Notes under the pieces: model-generated
Database searches by the model: none
What the model was told of the DNA's origin: nothing
Seen by the model: the letters and a program-made list of their open reading frames with translations, nothing else
Translations under genes and position numbers: made by a program
Shown: one piece after another, positions 41,300-50,363 of the stretch
Numbering within the stretch: position 1 is the stretch's first letter
Layout of the letters: the number at the start of each line of letters is the position of its first letter
Source of the DNA: an uncultured Clostridia bacterium
GTDB lineage: Bacteria; Bacillota_I; Bacilli_A; RF39; UBA660
DNA length: 64,000 nucleotides
Direction of reading: 5' to 3'
Assembly: GCA_947165945.1 (NCBI GenBank)
Contig: CAMVCF010000002.1
Span: 1,057 to 65,056 of the forward strand

Positions 41300-41348
41300 A
41301 TAATAGTTTTTTTTTAATTCTTTAATTTATGAAAAAAAACGGGTAAAT

Positions 41349-41390
41349 TTGACAAATTTGATTGCTTTACATAATAATATTTGCTATAAT
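41349..41390 (+). promoter_or_regulatory. Promoter region of the second glycopolymer locus (TTGACA-17-TAATAA and/or TTGCTT-17-TATAAT with TGc)
   Basis: ttgaca at 41349-41354, ttgctt at 41362-41367 and tgctataat at 41382-41390. Confidence 0.45.
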
Positions 41391-41420
41391 TTTCTTTGTA
41401 AAGGTAATTGAGGTGTTGCA

Positions 41421-42866
41421 ATGGCTAAAAAAAAGACAAGTAAAAAAATAAAAATAGTATATATTATAGTAAGTATAATACTAGCTATCTTAATGGCTAT
41501 TAATTCTTTTTTAATATTTAAGTATGATGTTTTACCAGTTAAGTATTTAACAGCATTTATATTTATTGTTGATATTCTTCCAATTTTTTTCATATTCTTT
41601 ATTATTAAAAAGAATATTATTAAGCCTGTTAAAATATTTTCACTTATTGTATCTATTATATATATAATTATATTAAGTTTTTCATTTTTCTACTTAAATA
41701 AAACATTTAATTTTATTGATTCTTTAAATGATAATTTACATCAAAAAGAAGATTATTATATAAAAGTCTTGGAAAACTCTGATATAAAAGATATTGCTTC
41801 TTTAAAAGGTAAAAAAATTGGAATTTATAAGAATTCTAGTTATGATGATTTAGTAAAATTATTAGATAAAAAAGTTTCGGTTGAAGCTATTTCTTATGAT
41901 GATCCAATTAAATTATTTGAAGATTTACAAGAAAATAAAATAGATGCTATTTTATTAAATGACACGATTTTAGGCCTTCTTGAAACAGAGTTATCTTACA
42001 TGAAGTTAAAATTAAAAAATGTTGATATAATTTCAGTTTCTTTAAAAAATAATAGTAACGATATTGTTAAAATAGTTGATGTTACAAATACACCTTTTAA
42101 TATTTATATAGCTGGTGGAGATGCATTTGGTTCAATTGATAAAGTTATGAATACCGATGTTAATATGATAGTATCAATTAATCCTAATACGCATCAAATT
42201 CTTTTAACATCTATTCCAAGAGACTATTATGTATTACTTCCTGGCCAAGGAGAAAATGCATATGATAAATTAACACATGCAGGATACTATGGTGTTGAAG
42301 AAAGTGTTCTTGCTATAGAAAATCTTTTAGACATAGATATTAACTACTATGCTAAGATTAATTTTTCAACAATTGAAAAAGTTGTTGATGCAATTGGTGG
42401 AGTTGATGTTAATAGTGACTTTAAGTTTTGTCAAGATGGAAGCACTACAATGTGCTATAAAAAAGGAATAAATCATTTAACAAAAGATACTGTTTTGCCT
42501 TTTGCAAGAGAAAGACATGCATTTAAAGATGGCGATGTCCAAAGAGTAAAAAATCAACAAAAAGTATTAGAAGCAATTGTTGATAAGATATCTTCGTCAA
42601 AGACATTAATTTTAAGCTATACAGATATTTTAGATGCGATTAGTTCTAGTTTTTTAACTAATATTGATACTAAAAGTATAAGTAGGCTTGTAAAATTACA
42701 ACTTAATGATATGCCTAAGTGGGAATTTGAAACTCAAAACTTAACGGGATATGACGGAAGTGCTAGATGTTATTCTATTCCAAGTATGGAATTATATGTA
42801 ATGAAACAAGATAGTGAATCTGTTAAAAATTCAAAGGAAAAAATAGAACAGTTTTTTAAAAAATGA
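41421..42866 (+). CDS. LytR-CpsA-Psr (LCP) family glycopolymer-peptidoglycan ligase with an extra N-terminal extracellular domain
   Basis: 481 aa with three N-terminal TM helices. The LCP core is NIYIAGGD..D.NMIVSINPNTHQILLTSIPRDYYV...KL.HAGYYG...INYYAKINFSTIEKVVDAIGGVDV. Confidence 0.8.
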   Translation: MAKKKTSKKIKIVYIIVSIILAILMAINSFLIFKYDVLPVKYLTAFIFIVDILPIFFIFFIIKKNIIKPVKIFSLIVSIIYIIILSFSFFYLNKTFNFIDSLNDNLHQKEDYYIKVLENSDIKDIASLKGKKIGIYKNSSYDDLVKLLDKKVSVEAISYDDPIKLFEDLQENKIDAILLNDTILGLLETELSYMKLKLKNVDIISVSLKNNSNDIVKIVDVTNTPFNIYIAGGDAFGSIDKVMNTDVNMIVSINPNTHQILLTSIPRDYYVLLPGQGENAYDKLTHAGYYGVEESVLAIENLLDIDINYYAKINFSTIEKVVDAIGGVDVNSDFKFCQDGSTTMCYKKGINHLTKDTVLPFARERHAFKDGDVQRVKNQQKVLEAIVDKISSSKTLILSYTDILDAISSSFLTNIDTKSISRLVKLQLNDMPKWEFETQNLTGYDGSARCYSIPSMELYVMKQDSESVKNSKEKIEQFFKK

Positions 42867-42889
42867 TGTAATGTAGTGTGGTGATTTTT

Positions 42890-44098
42890 ATGAGAATATT
42901 ATTTATAACTTCAGATTATCAAACTCCTGATGCGGGAAGTAATATTTATACAGATTTAGCAGAAGCACTAAATAATGCTAATCACAGTGTAAAAGTGGTA
43001 GTTGCGGAAGAAAGAAAAAAAATTAATGAAACCAAATTAAATGAAGAAAATGGAATTTCGGTTTTAAGAGTTAAAACAGGGAATTTATATGAAGTAGGCT
43101 TTGTAGAAAAAACAATAACTTTTTTAAAAATTTCTAGAGATTTAATAAAAGGAATAAAAAAGTATTATAACAATGAACAATATGATTTAATACTATTTCA
43201 GTCTCCTCCTGTTACTTTTCATACAGTTGTTAAGTGGGCTATGAAAAAATATAAAGCCAAGTCTTACTTGATGATGAAAGATATTTTTCCTCAAAATGGC
43301 GTTGATATTGGTTTATATAAAAAGAATAGTTTAGTGTATTACTTTTTTAGATATCATGAGAGAAAATTATATAAAGTTAGTAGTAAAATAGGTTGTATGT
43401 CACAAAAAAATATTGATTATTTAATTGAACATAACCCATATTTAGATAAAAGTAAGTTTGAGTTATTTCCAAATACTGTAAAGGTTTCATCAAGATATAA
43501 AATATCCGAAGAAGAAAAAAATAAAATAAGAAAGAAATATGGTTTAAAGGATAATGATATTGTTGCAATATTTGGTGGCAATTTTGGAAAACCTCAAGGA
43601 CTTGATTTTTTAGTTGATGTTATTGATTTATATAAAAATAATGAAAATTTGAAGTTTGTTTTAATAGGACGAGGAACAGAAAAAAAACGTATTTTTAAAA
43701 TAGTTAAAGAAAGAAACTATCAAAATGTTTTAATGTATGATTATATTCCAAGAAATGATTATGAAATACTTAGTTCTGCATGTGATATTGGACTTATATT
43801 TTTGGATAGGAGATTTACAGTTCCTAATTTTCCTTCAAAAACGCTTTCGTATTTTGAATGTCAATTGCCTATTATGGCTGCGATAGATGTAAATACTGAT
43901 TATGGTGAAATGTTAGAAAAAACTAAATGTGGTTATTGGGTTGAGAATGGGAATTTAAAAGCCTATAAAAATAAATTTGATAAATTATTAAATAATGAAA
44001 AGTTACGTCATGAATTTGGTAGAAATGGAAGACGATATTTTGAAAAGGAATGTAATGTTTTAAAATCAGTAAAGATCTTAGAAAAGGAGATGCTATAA
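42890..44098 (+). CDS. Glycosyltransferase family 4 (WbuB-like, next to the fnl genes)
   Basis: It starts MRILFITSDY, has a GT-B C-terminal pattern, and sits directly upstream of fnlA. Confidence 0.7.
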   Translation: MRILFITSDYQTPDAGSNIYTDLAEALNNANHSVKVVVAEERKKINETKLNEENGISVLRVKTGNLYEVGFVEKTITFLKISRDLIKGIKKYYNNEQYDLILFQSPPVTFHTVVKWAMKKYKAKSYLMMKDIFPQNGVDIGLYKKNSLVYYFFRYHERKLYKVSSKIGCMSQKNIDYLIEHNPYLDKSKFELFPNTVKVSSRYKISEEEKNKIRKKYGLKDNDIVAIFGGNFGKPQGLDFLVDVIDLYKNNENLKFVLIGRGTEKKRIFKIVKERNYQNVLMYDYIPRNDYEILSSACDIGLIFLDRRFTVPNFPSKTLSYFECQLPIMAAIDVNTDYGEMLEKTKCGYWVENGNLKAYKNKFDKLLNNEKLRHEFGRNGRRYFEKECNVLKSVKILEKEML

Positions 44099-45093
44099 TG
44101 TTTAAAGATAAAGTATTATTAATAACTGGTGGAACAGGTTCATTTGGAAATGCAGTTTTAAATAGATTTCTAAATACAGATTTAAAAGAAATTAGAATTT
44201 TTTCAAGAGATGAAAAAAAACAAGAAGATATGCGCATTAAATACAAGAATGATAAAATTAAATTTTATATAGGGGATGTTAGAGATTTTGGAAGTATTGA
44301 CGATGCAATGGATGGAGTTGATTATGTATTTCATGCAGCAGCATTAAAACAAGTTCCATCGTGTGAATTCTTTCCAATTCAAGCTGTTAAAACGAATATT
44401 TTAGGAACAGATAATGTGCTTGAAGCAGCAATTAATCATAATGTAAAAAAAGTAATTGTATTAAGTACTGATAAAGCAGCATATCCAATCAATGCTATGG
44501 GAATGAGTAAAGCTATGATGGAAAAAGTTGCGATTGCTAAGGGACGTGATTTAAAACCTGGCCAAACAGTAATTTGTAGAACCAGATACGGAAATGTAAT
44601 GGCATCTAGGGGATCAGTAATTCCACTTTTTGTTGATCAAATTAAAGAAGGCAAACCATTAACAATTACAAATCCTAAAATGACAAGGTTTATGATGACC
44701 TTAGAAGATGCTGTTGACTTGGTTTTATACGCATTTAAAAATGGAGAACAAGGTGATTTATTTGTTCAAAAAGCTCCAGCTGCAACCATTGAAACGTTAG
44801 CTAAAGCTGTTAAGAATTTAAAAAATAGTGATGTTCCAATTAATTGTATTGGAACTCGTCATGGTGAAAAATTATATGAAGTTTTAGTCACTAAGGAAGA
44901 GATGGTAAATGCTATTGATATGGGTAATTATTATAGAATACCAGCTGATAATCGTAATTTAAATTATCAAAAATATGAAAATGCAGGCAATGCTGATTTA
45001 GATACTATTGAAGAATATAATTCCCATAATACTGAAAGATTAAATGTTAAAGAAATGGAAGAACTTCTAAAAAAAATAGATTTATTTAAGTAG
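44098..45093 (+). CDS. fnlA: UDP-GlcNAc 4,6-dehydratase/5-epimerase (FnlA/CapE/WbjB)
   Basis: 331 aa starting MFKDKVLLITGGTGSFGNAVLNRFL, with LSTDKAAYPINAMGMSKAMMEK and TRYGNVM.SRGSVIPLF. Confidence 0.9.
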   Translation: MFKDKVLLITGGTGSFGNAVLNRFLNTDLKEIRIFSRDEKKQEDMRIKYKNDKIKFYIGDVRDFGSIDDAMDGVDYVFHAAALKQVPSCEFFPIQAVKTNILGTDNVLEAAINHNVKKVIVLSTDKAAYPINAMGMSKAMMEKVAIAKGRDLKPGQTVICRTRYGNVMASRGSVIPLFVDQIKEGKPLTITNPKMTRFMMTLEDAVDLVLYAFKNGEQGDLFVQKAPAATIETLAKAVKNLKNSDVPINCIGTRHGEKLYEVLVTKEEMVNAIDMGNYYRIPADNRNLNYQKYENAGNADLDTIEEYNSHNTERLNVKEMEELLKKIDLFK

Positions 45094-45099
45094 GTGAAT

Positions 45100-46203
45100 A
45101 TGAAAGTATTAGTAACAGGTAGTAATGGATTTATTGGAAAAAATTTAATTTCACATTTACAGGAAATAGCTGATATTGAAATCATTAGTTATGATATTAA
45201 TGATTCGTTCAATAAAATTGAAAAGAATATCGATGATATCTCTTTTGTTTTTCATTTAGCAGGAGTAAACAGACCACAATCAGTTAAAGAGTTTTATGAA
45301 GGAAATAGTGACTTAACAAAAAAAATAGTTGACTTAATTAAAGATAAGAATATTCCTTTACTAATAACATCTAGTATACAAGCTGTTCTTGATAATGATT
45401 ATGGTAAAAGTAAAAAAATAGCTGAAGAGTATATTAAAGACAATTTGAATAATTATTATATATTTAGATTACATAACGTTTTTGGTAAGTGGTCAAGACC
45501 AAACTATAATTCGGTTGTTGCAACTTTTTGTTATAATATTGCAAATGATTTAGAAATAACAGTAAACGATGAAAAAAAAGAGCTAGAATTAATTTATATT
45601 GATGATATTATTGAAGAATTTATTAGAGTATTAAAAGGAAATAAACCAGATGAAAAAATTGATGGATACTGCTATATTAATCCAAAATATAAGGTAACAC
45701 TTGGATATCTTGCAAGTAAAATTTATGAATTTCGTGATAGTATGAGTTCAATATATGTTCCAAATACAGGAAATGATTTTATAAAAAAATTATATTCAAC
45801 GTTTGTTAGTTATTTACCTCTTGATAAAACTTATGTAAGTGCTAAAAAGAATGTTGATGAAAGAGGATCATTTACAGAACTTGTAAGAACAAACGAAAGT
45901 GGTCAGTTTTCTGTATCATTTTCTAAACCTGGTATTGTGAGAGGCAATCATTATCACCACACAAAATTAGAAAGATTTATTGTCATTAAAGGAAAAGCTA
46001 AGATAAGTTTTAGTAGTGTTATAGATAATTCAAAATATTCTTTTTATGTTGATGATAGTGATATAAAAATAGTAACTATTCCAGTAGGATATACACATAA
46101 TATTGAAAATATTGGTGATTCAGAAATGATTCTAGCTATTTGGTGTAATGAATTATTTGATGAGAATCATCCGGATACATTTTATAGGAAGGTTGTGGAA
46201 TAA
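45100..46203 (+). CDS. fnlB: UDP-2-acetamido-2,6-dideoxy-L-talose 4-reductase-type enzyme (FnlB/CapF; SDR plus C-terminal cupin)
   Basis: MKVLVTGSNGFIGKNL Rossmann fold with a C-terminal cupin segment DERGSF.E....GQ.SVS.S.PG..RGNHYHHTK.E.F. Located between fnlA and (after an insertion) fnlC. Confidence 0.8.
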   Translation: MKVLVTGSNGFIGKNLISHLQEIADIEIISYDINDSFNKIEKNIDDISFVFHLAGVNRPQSVKEFYEGNSDLTKKIVDLIKDKNIPLLITSSIQAVLDNDYGKSKKIAEEYIKDNLNNYYIFRLHNVFGKWSRPNYNSVVATFCYNIANDLEITVNDEKKELELIYIDDIIEEFIRVLKGNKPDEKIDGYCYINPKYKVTLGYLASKIYEFRDSMSSIYVPNTGNDFIKKLYSTFVSYLPLDKTYVSAKKNVDERGSFTELVRTNESGQFSVSFSKPGIVRGNHYHHTKLERFIVIKGKAKISFSSVIDNSKYSFYVDDSDIKIVTIPVGYTHNIENIGDSEMILAIWCNELFDENHPDTFYRKVVE

Positions 46204-46532
46204 TGTCTGGTTTTATATGTTTGTTTTTTCCGTCTTTTATTACCCTTAACATAATTAAAAATAGAAACCATTTATCATATAAAGATTTAATAATTAAATA
46301 TCCTTTATATAATCTTATTATTAATTTAATAGTATTTGTAATAATAGTTCTTTTCAAAAATGAGGATTATGTTGTTATATCTGAAAATTTTAATATGATG
46401 ATGTTTAATATTAGATATATTTTATTAGCATCTATTATTGCTATAATTATTCCCTATATAAAAGAATTTTTATTTAAAAACATTAAAGTAAAACTATTGT
46501 TTTTAAAAGGAAAAGAAAATAATGAAAAATAA
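46203..46532 (+). CDS. Small polytopic membrane protein (possibly a detached N-terminal TM segment of the downstream LtaS-like gene)
   Basis: 109 aa with about 3 TM helices. It overlaps the next ORF by 11 nt within an A-rich tract. Confidence 0.4.
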   Translation: MSGFICLFFPSFITLNIIKNRNHLSYKDLIIKYPLYNLIINLIVFVIIVLFKNEDYVVISENFNMMMFNIRYILLASIIAIIIPYIKEFLFKNIKVKLLFLKGKENNEK

Positions 46533-48024
46533 AATATTTACTATTTTATCATGGATAATTTTAGTAGTTTCTATTTTATTATTGTATAGTTCATTTTGGG
46601 TAAAAGGAACTTTTGGATTATTAAATTTTGATTCTTTATTATATCACTTAAATACAAATTTTTCAGGTACATCTTCGGATATGATCTTTAGTTTTATTTA
46701 TAATCCATTATTAAAAACAATTATTACTATTATTATAATTGTAATAATTGTTAATCATAAGTATGATTATAAACCATATTTAGTTTTTAAAATTTTTAAA
46801 TTTAAAGAGAAAAAAGTAGATTTATTTCATTTAATTAAAAAGATTAGATTAATGCTTTCTATTTTTCTATTTATAGTTGTTATTATTTTTATAATTTTTT
46901 ATTTTAATGTCTTAGAATACTATAAAAATACAATTACATATTCAACTTTTATTGAAGAAAACTATGTAAATCCAGAAAATACTAATATTAAATTTAATAA
47001 AAAGAAAAATTTAGTTCATATTTATGTAGAATCTTTTGAAAACACTTTTTTTTCTAAGGAATATGGTGGGGCATATGATGATAATTTGCTTCCAAATTTA
47101 ACAGGTTATCTAAATAATGAAATAATGTTTTTAAATCCAAATGGAGGAGGATTTTATAATTCAAGAGCAACAGGATGGACGATAGCTGCTATGGTTGCCC
47201 AAACAGCTGGTGTTGGATTAATTGTTCCAGTTAATGGTAATGAATATGGTATTAATTCTTCTTTTCTTCCTGGTGTATATGCAATGGGAGATATTTTAAA
47301 CAAAGAAGGTTATAATCAAACTTTATTAATTGGATCTGATGCAAACTTTGCAGGGCGAAAGAGTTATTTTCAACAGCATGGTAATTATCAAATAAAAGAT
47401 TATTTATATGCTAAAGAAAATAATTTGATTCCAAAAGACTATTATGTTTGGTGGGGATATGAAGATAGTAAATTATTTTCATTTGCTAAAGATGAACTGC
47501 TTGATTTATCAAGTAAGAATGAACCATTCAATTTAACTTTATTAACCACTAATACCCATCATATAGGAGGATATCTTGAAGAGGATTGTGAAGTTAAATA
47601 TAATGAACAATTAAAAAATGCCATTCTTTGCACGGATTTACAGTTGTATGAATTTGTTGAATGGATAAAACAACAAGATTTTTATAATAATACTACTATT
47701 GTTATAACAGGTGATCATTTGAGTATGGAACCATCTTTCTTTAATGATCTTGGAACCTATGAAAGAACTAATTTTAATATGTTTATAAATGCAAATTATA
47801 AAACAGTTAAGAATACAAATAGATTATTTTCAACACTTGATTTGTTTCCAACTATTTTGAGTAGTATAGGCGCAGAATTTGATGGAAATAAATTAGGACT
47901 TGGAACTAATTTATTTTCAAATGAAAAAACTCTATATGAAATATATGGAAGAGATTATGTAGAAAGTGAATTAAGTAAATCATCAAGATTTTATCAATAT
48001 GAAATTTTAGAAAAAAAGAAGTAG
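46522..48024 (+). CDS. LTA-synthase-family (sulfatase/alkaline-phosphatase superfamily) phospho-substituent transferase
   Basis: 500 aa. N-terminal TM helices are followed by an extracellular sulfatase-like domain (HIYVESFEN, GWTIAAMVAQTAG, WWGYEDSKLF, TNTHH, ITGDHLSM). Confidence 0.7.
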   Translation: MKNKIFTILSWIILVVSILLLYSSFWVKGTFGLLNFDSLLYHLNTNFSGTSSDMIFSFIYNPLLKTIITIIIIVIIVNHKYDYKPYLVFKIFKFKEKKVDLFHLIKKIRLMLSIFLFIVVIIFIIFYFNVLEYYKNTITYSTFIEENYVNPENTNIKFNKKKNLVHIYVESFENTFFSKEYGGAYDDNLLPNLTGYLNNEIMFLNPNGGGFYNSRATGWTIAAMVAQTAGVGLIVPVNGNEYGINSSFLPGVYAMGDILNKEGYNQTLLIGSDANFAGRKSYFQQHGNYQIKDYLYAKENNLIPKDYYVWWGYEDSKLFSFAKDELLDLSSKNEPFNLTLLTTNTHHIGGYLEEDCEVKYNEQLKNAILCTDLQLYEFVEWIKQQDFYNNTTIVITGDHLSMEPSFFNDLGTYERTNFNMFINANYKTVKNTNRLFSTLDLFPTILSSIGAEFDGNKLGLGTNLFSNEKTLYEIYGRDYVESELSKSSRFYQYEILEKKK

Positions 48025-48057
48025 TAATATGTTATAATATAGATATAAGGAGTAAAT

Positions 48058-49179
48058 ATGAAAAAATTAAAAGTAATGGTTGTCGTTGGAACAAGACCAG
48101 AGATAATTAGATTATCAGAAGTTATCAAAGCAATAGATAAATATTTTGAACTTGTTTTAGTTCATACAGGACAAAACTATGATTATACATTAAATCAAGT
48201 TTTCTTTGATGAATTTAAACTAAGAAAGCCAGATTATTATTTAGATGCCCCAGGTGCTCATTTAGGAGAAACGATAGGCAATATAATTTCTAAAAGTTAT
48301 GAAGTAATTAATAAAGAAAAACCAGATGCATTGCTTGTATTAGGTGATACAAATAGTTGTCTTGCTGCATATTCTGCTAAAAGACTAAAAGTACCAATTT
48401 TTCATATGGAAGCAGGAAATCGTTGTTTTGACTTTAATGTTCCAGAAGAAATAAATAGAAGAGTAGTTGATCATGTAAGTGATGTTAATTTAGCTTATAC
48501 TGAAAATGCAAGACGTTATTTAATAAATGAAGGAATTAAAAATGACTTTTTATATGTAACAGGTTCTCCGATGACAGAAGTATTATTAAAAAATATGGAT
48601 TCAATTGATGAATCAGACATTTTACAAAAATTAAACTTAAAAGAAAGAGACTATTTTGTTGTTTCAGCTCATCGTGAAGAAAATATTGATATCGAAAAGA
48701 ATTTTCTTGAACTTGTAAATAGTTTAAATAAAGTAGCGGATGTTTATAAAAAGAAAATAATCTTTTCAACTCATCCAAGAACTGCTAAAAAAATAAAAGA
48801 AAAAAATATTAAATTTAATGATTTAATCATTAATATGGAACCTATGGGATTTTTTGATTATGTTAAATTACAAAAACATGCTTATTGTGTTTTATCAGAT
48901 AGTGGAACTATTCCAGAAGAATCAGCTGTTTTAAATTTTCCTGGTGTTTCAATGAGAAATTCTACAGAACGTCCAGAAGCACTTGATGCAGGAAGTATTG
49001 TTCTTGGAAGTGTTCGTGAACGTGATCTCTTAAATGCAATTGATATTATAGTTAATTCTCATAAAGAAAATAGGGATAATCCAGTAAAAGATTATAGAGA
49101 TACTGATGTATCATTAAAGGTTGTAAATATTATTCAAAGTTATTACAATATAGTTAATGAAAGAGTTTGGAAAAAGTAA
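48058..49179 (+). CDS. fnlC: UDP-N-acetylglucosamine 2-epimerase, non-hydrolysing (FnlC/CapG type)
   Basis: 373 aa with VVGTRPEIIRL, GDTNS, HMEAGNRCFD...PEEINRR..DH and SDSGT..EE. Confidence 0.9.
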   Translation: MKKLKVMVVVGTRPEIIRLSEVIKAIDKYFELVLVHTGQNYDYTLNQVFFDEFKLRKPDYYLDAPGAHLGETIGNIISKSYEVINKEKPDALLVLGDTNSCLAAYSAKRLKVPIFHMEAGNRCFDFNVPEEINRRVVDHVSDVNLAYTENARRYLINEGIKNDFLYVTGSPMTEVLLKNMDSIDESDILQKLNLKERDYFVVSAHREENIDIEKNFLELVNSLNKVADVYKKKIIFSTHPRTAKKIKEKNIKFNDLIINMEPMGFFDYVKLQKHAYCVLSDSGTIPEESAVLNFPGVSMRNSTERPEALDAGSIVLGSVRERDLLNAIDIIVNSHKENRDNPVKDYRDTDVSLKVVNIIQSYYNIVNERVWKK

Positions 49180-49180
49180 T

Positions 49181-50350
49181 ATGAAAAAATTAGTGCAAAT
49201 AAATGTTGTGTGTAATGGTTCAACTGGAAAAATAATGTGTGATATTGCAAAAGAAGCAGATAAGAAAGACTATGACACATATTGTTTTTTTGGAAGAGGA
49301 AAAAAAAATGAGAATCTTAAATGTGAAAAAATAGAGTCTTCTCTTTCAGTATACTTTCACTTATTGTTAGCACGTCTTGGTTTTAATGGCCATGGTTCTT
49401 TTTTTGCGACTAAAAGATTAGTTAGAAGATTAAAAAAAATAAAACCTGATGTCATTCATTTACATAATATACATGGTTATTACATTAATTTAAAAATTCT
49501 ATTTAACTATTTAAAAAATGATTATAAAGGTAAAATAATTTTGACTTTACATGATTGCTGGGCTTTTACAGGGCATTGTTCATATTTTACTATGAATTGT
49601 TGTAATAAATGGCATGATGGTTGTAGTAATTGCCCCCAACTAAAATCTTATCCTAAAGAGTTTTTTGATACAACTAAAAGAGAGTATAAATTAAAAAAAG
49701 AATTATTTACAGGATTAAATAACCTTACTATTATAACACCATCTATTTGGTTAAAAAAACTTGTTAAAAAATCTTTCTTAAAAGAATATAAAATAGAAGT
49801 TATTAATAACGGAATTAACATAGATATCTTTAAACCTACATATGATGAAACCATTTATGAAAAATATTCGATTTCAAAGGATAAAAAAATTATTTTAGGT
49901 GTTGCTAATATTTGGGAAGAGAGAAAGGGATTAAAAGATTTTATAGAACTTAATAAGTATTTAGATTTATCGAAATATCAGATGGTAATAGTTGGCATAA
50001 AAAAATATAACAAGTTAAATATTCCTGATAATATAATTTTAATTGAAAAAACTGATAATCAATATGATTTAGCTTGTCTTTACACTATTTCTACTGTTTT
50101 ATTTAATCCAACATATGAAGATAATTATCCAACTGTTAATTTAGAAAGTATGGCATGTAATACAAAAGTAATAACTTACGATACTGGGGGATGCAAAGAG
50201 CAGATTGAGTTATTTAAATTTGGATATATTATAGAAAAAAAAGATTATCAGAAATTAATTAAGATTATAGAAGATATTACAAAAGATGAGTTTAATAATA
50301 TAATTTTTAGTACTCAAAAAATGATTGATAATTATATAGATATATATTAG
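49181..50350 (+). CDS. Glycosyltransferase family 4
   Basis: It starts MKKLVQINVVCNGSTGKIM, has a HDCWAFTGHC cysteine-rich insert and a GT-B C-terminus ..NPTYEDNYPTVNLESMACNT. ATG 49181 is preferred over 49157, which lies inside fnlC. Confidence 0.7.
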   Translation: MKKLVQINVVCNGSTGKIMCDIAKEADKKDYDTYCFFGRGKKNENLKCEKIESSLSVYFHLLLARLGFNGHGSFFATKRLVRRLKKIKPDVIHLHNIHGYYINLKILFNYLKNDYKGKIILTLHDCWAFTGHCSYFTMNCCNKWHDGCSNCPQLKSYPKEFFDTTKREYKLKKELFTGLNNLTIITPSIWLKKLVKKSFLKEYKIEVINNGINIDIFKPTYDETIYEKYSISKDKKIILGVANIWEERKGLKDFIELNKYLDLSKYQMVIVGIKKYNKLNIPDNIILIEKTDNQYDLACLYTISTVLFNPTYEDNYPTVNLESMACNTKVITYDTGGCKEQIELFKFGYIIEKKDYQKLIKIIEDITKDEFNNIIFSTQKMIDNYIDIY

Positions 50351-50363
50351 AAAGAGGTTTTTT

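Noticed and set aside
41384-41593. Minus-strand ORF overlapping the LCP gene start
   Set aside because: It is the antisense of the TM-rich N-terminus of the LCP protein and of its promoter region, so it is spurious.
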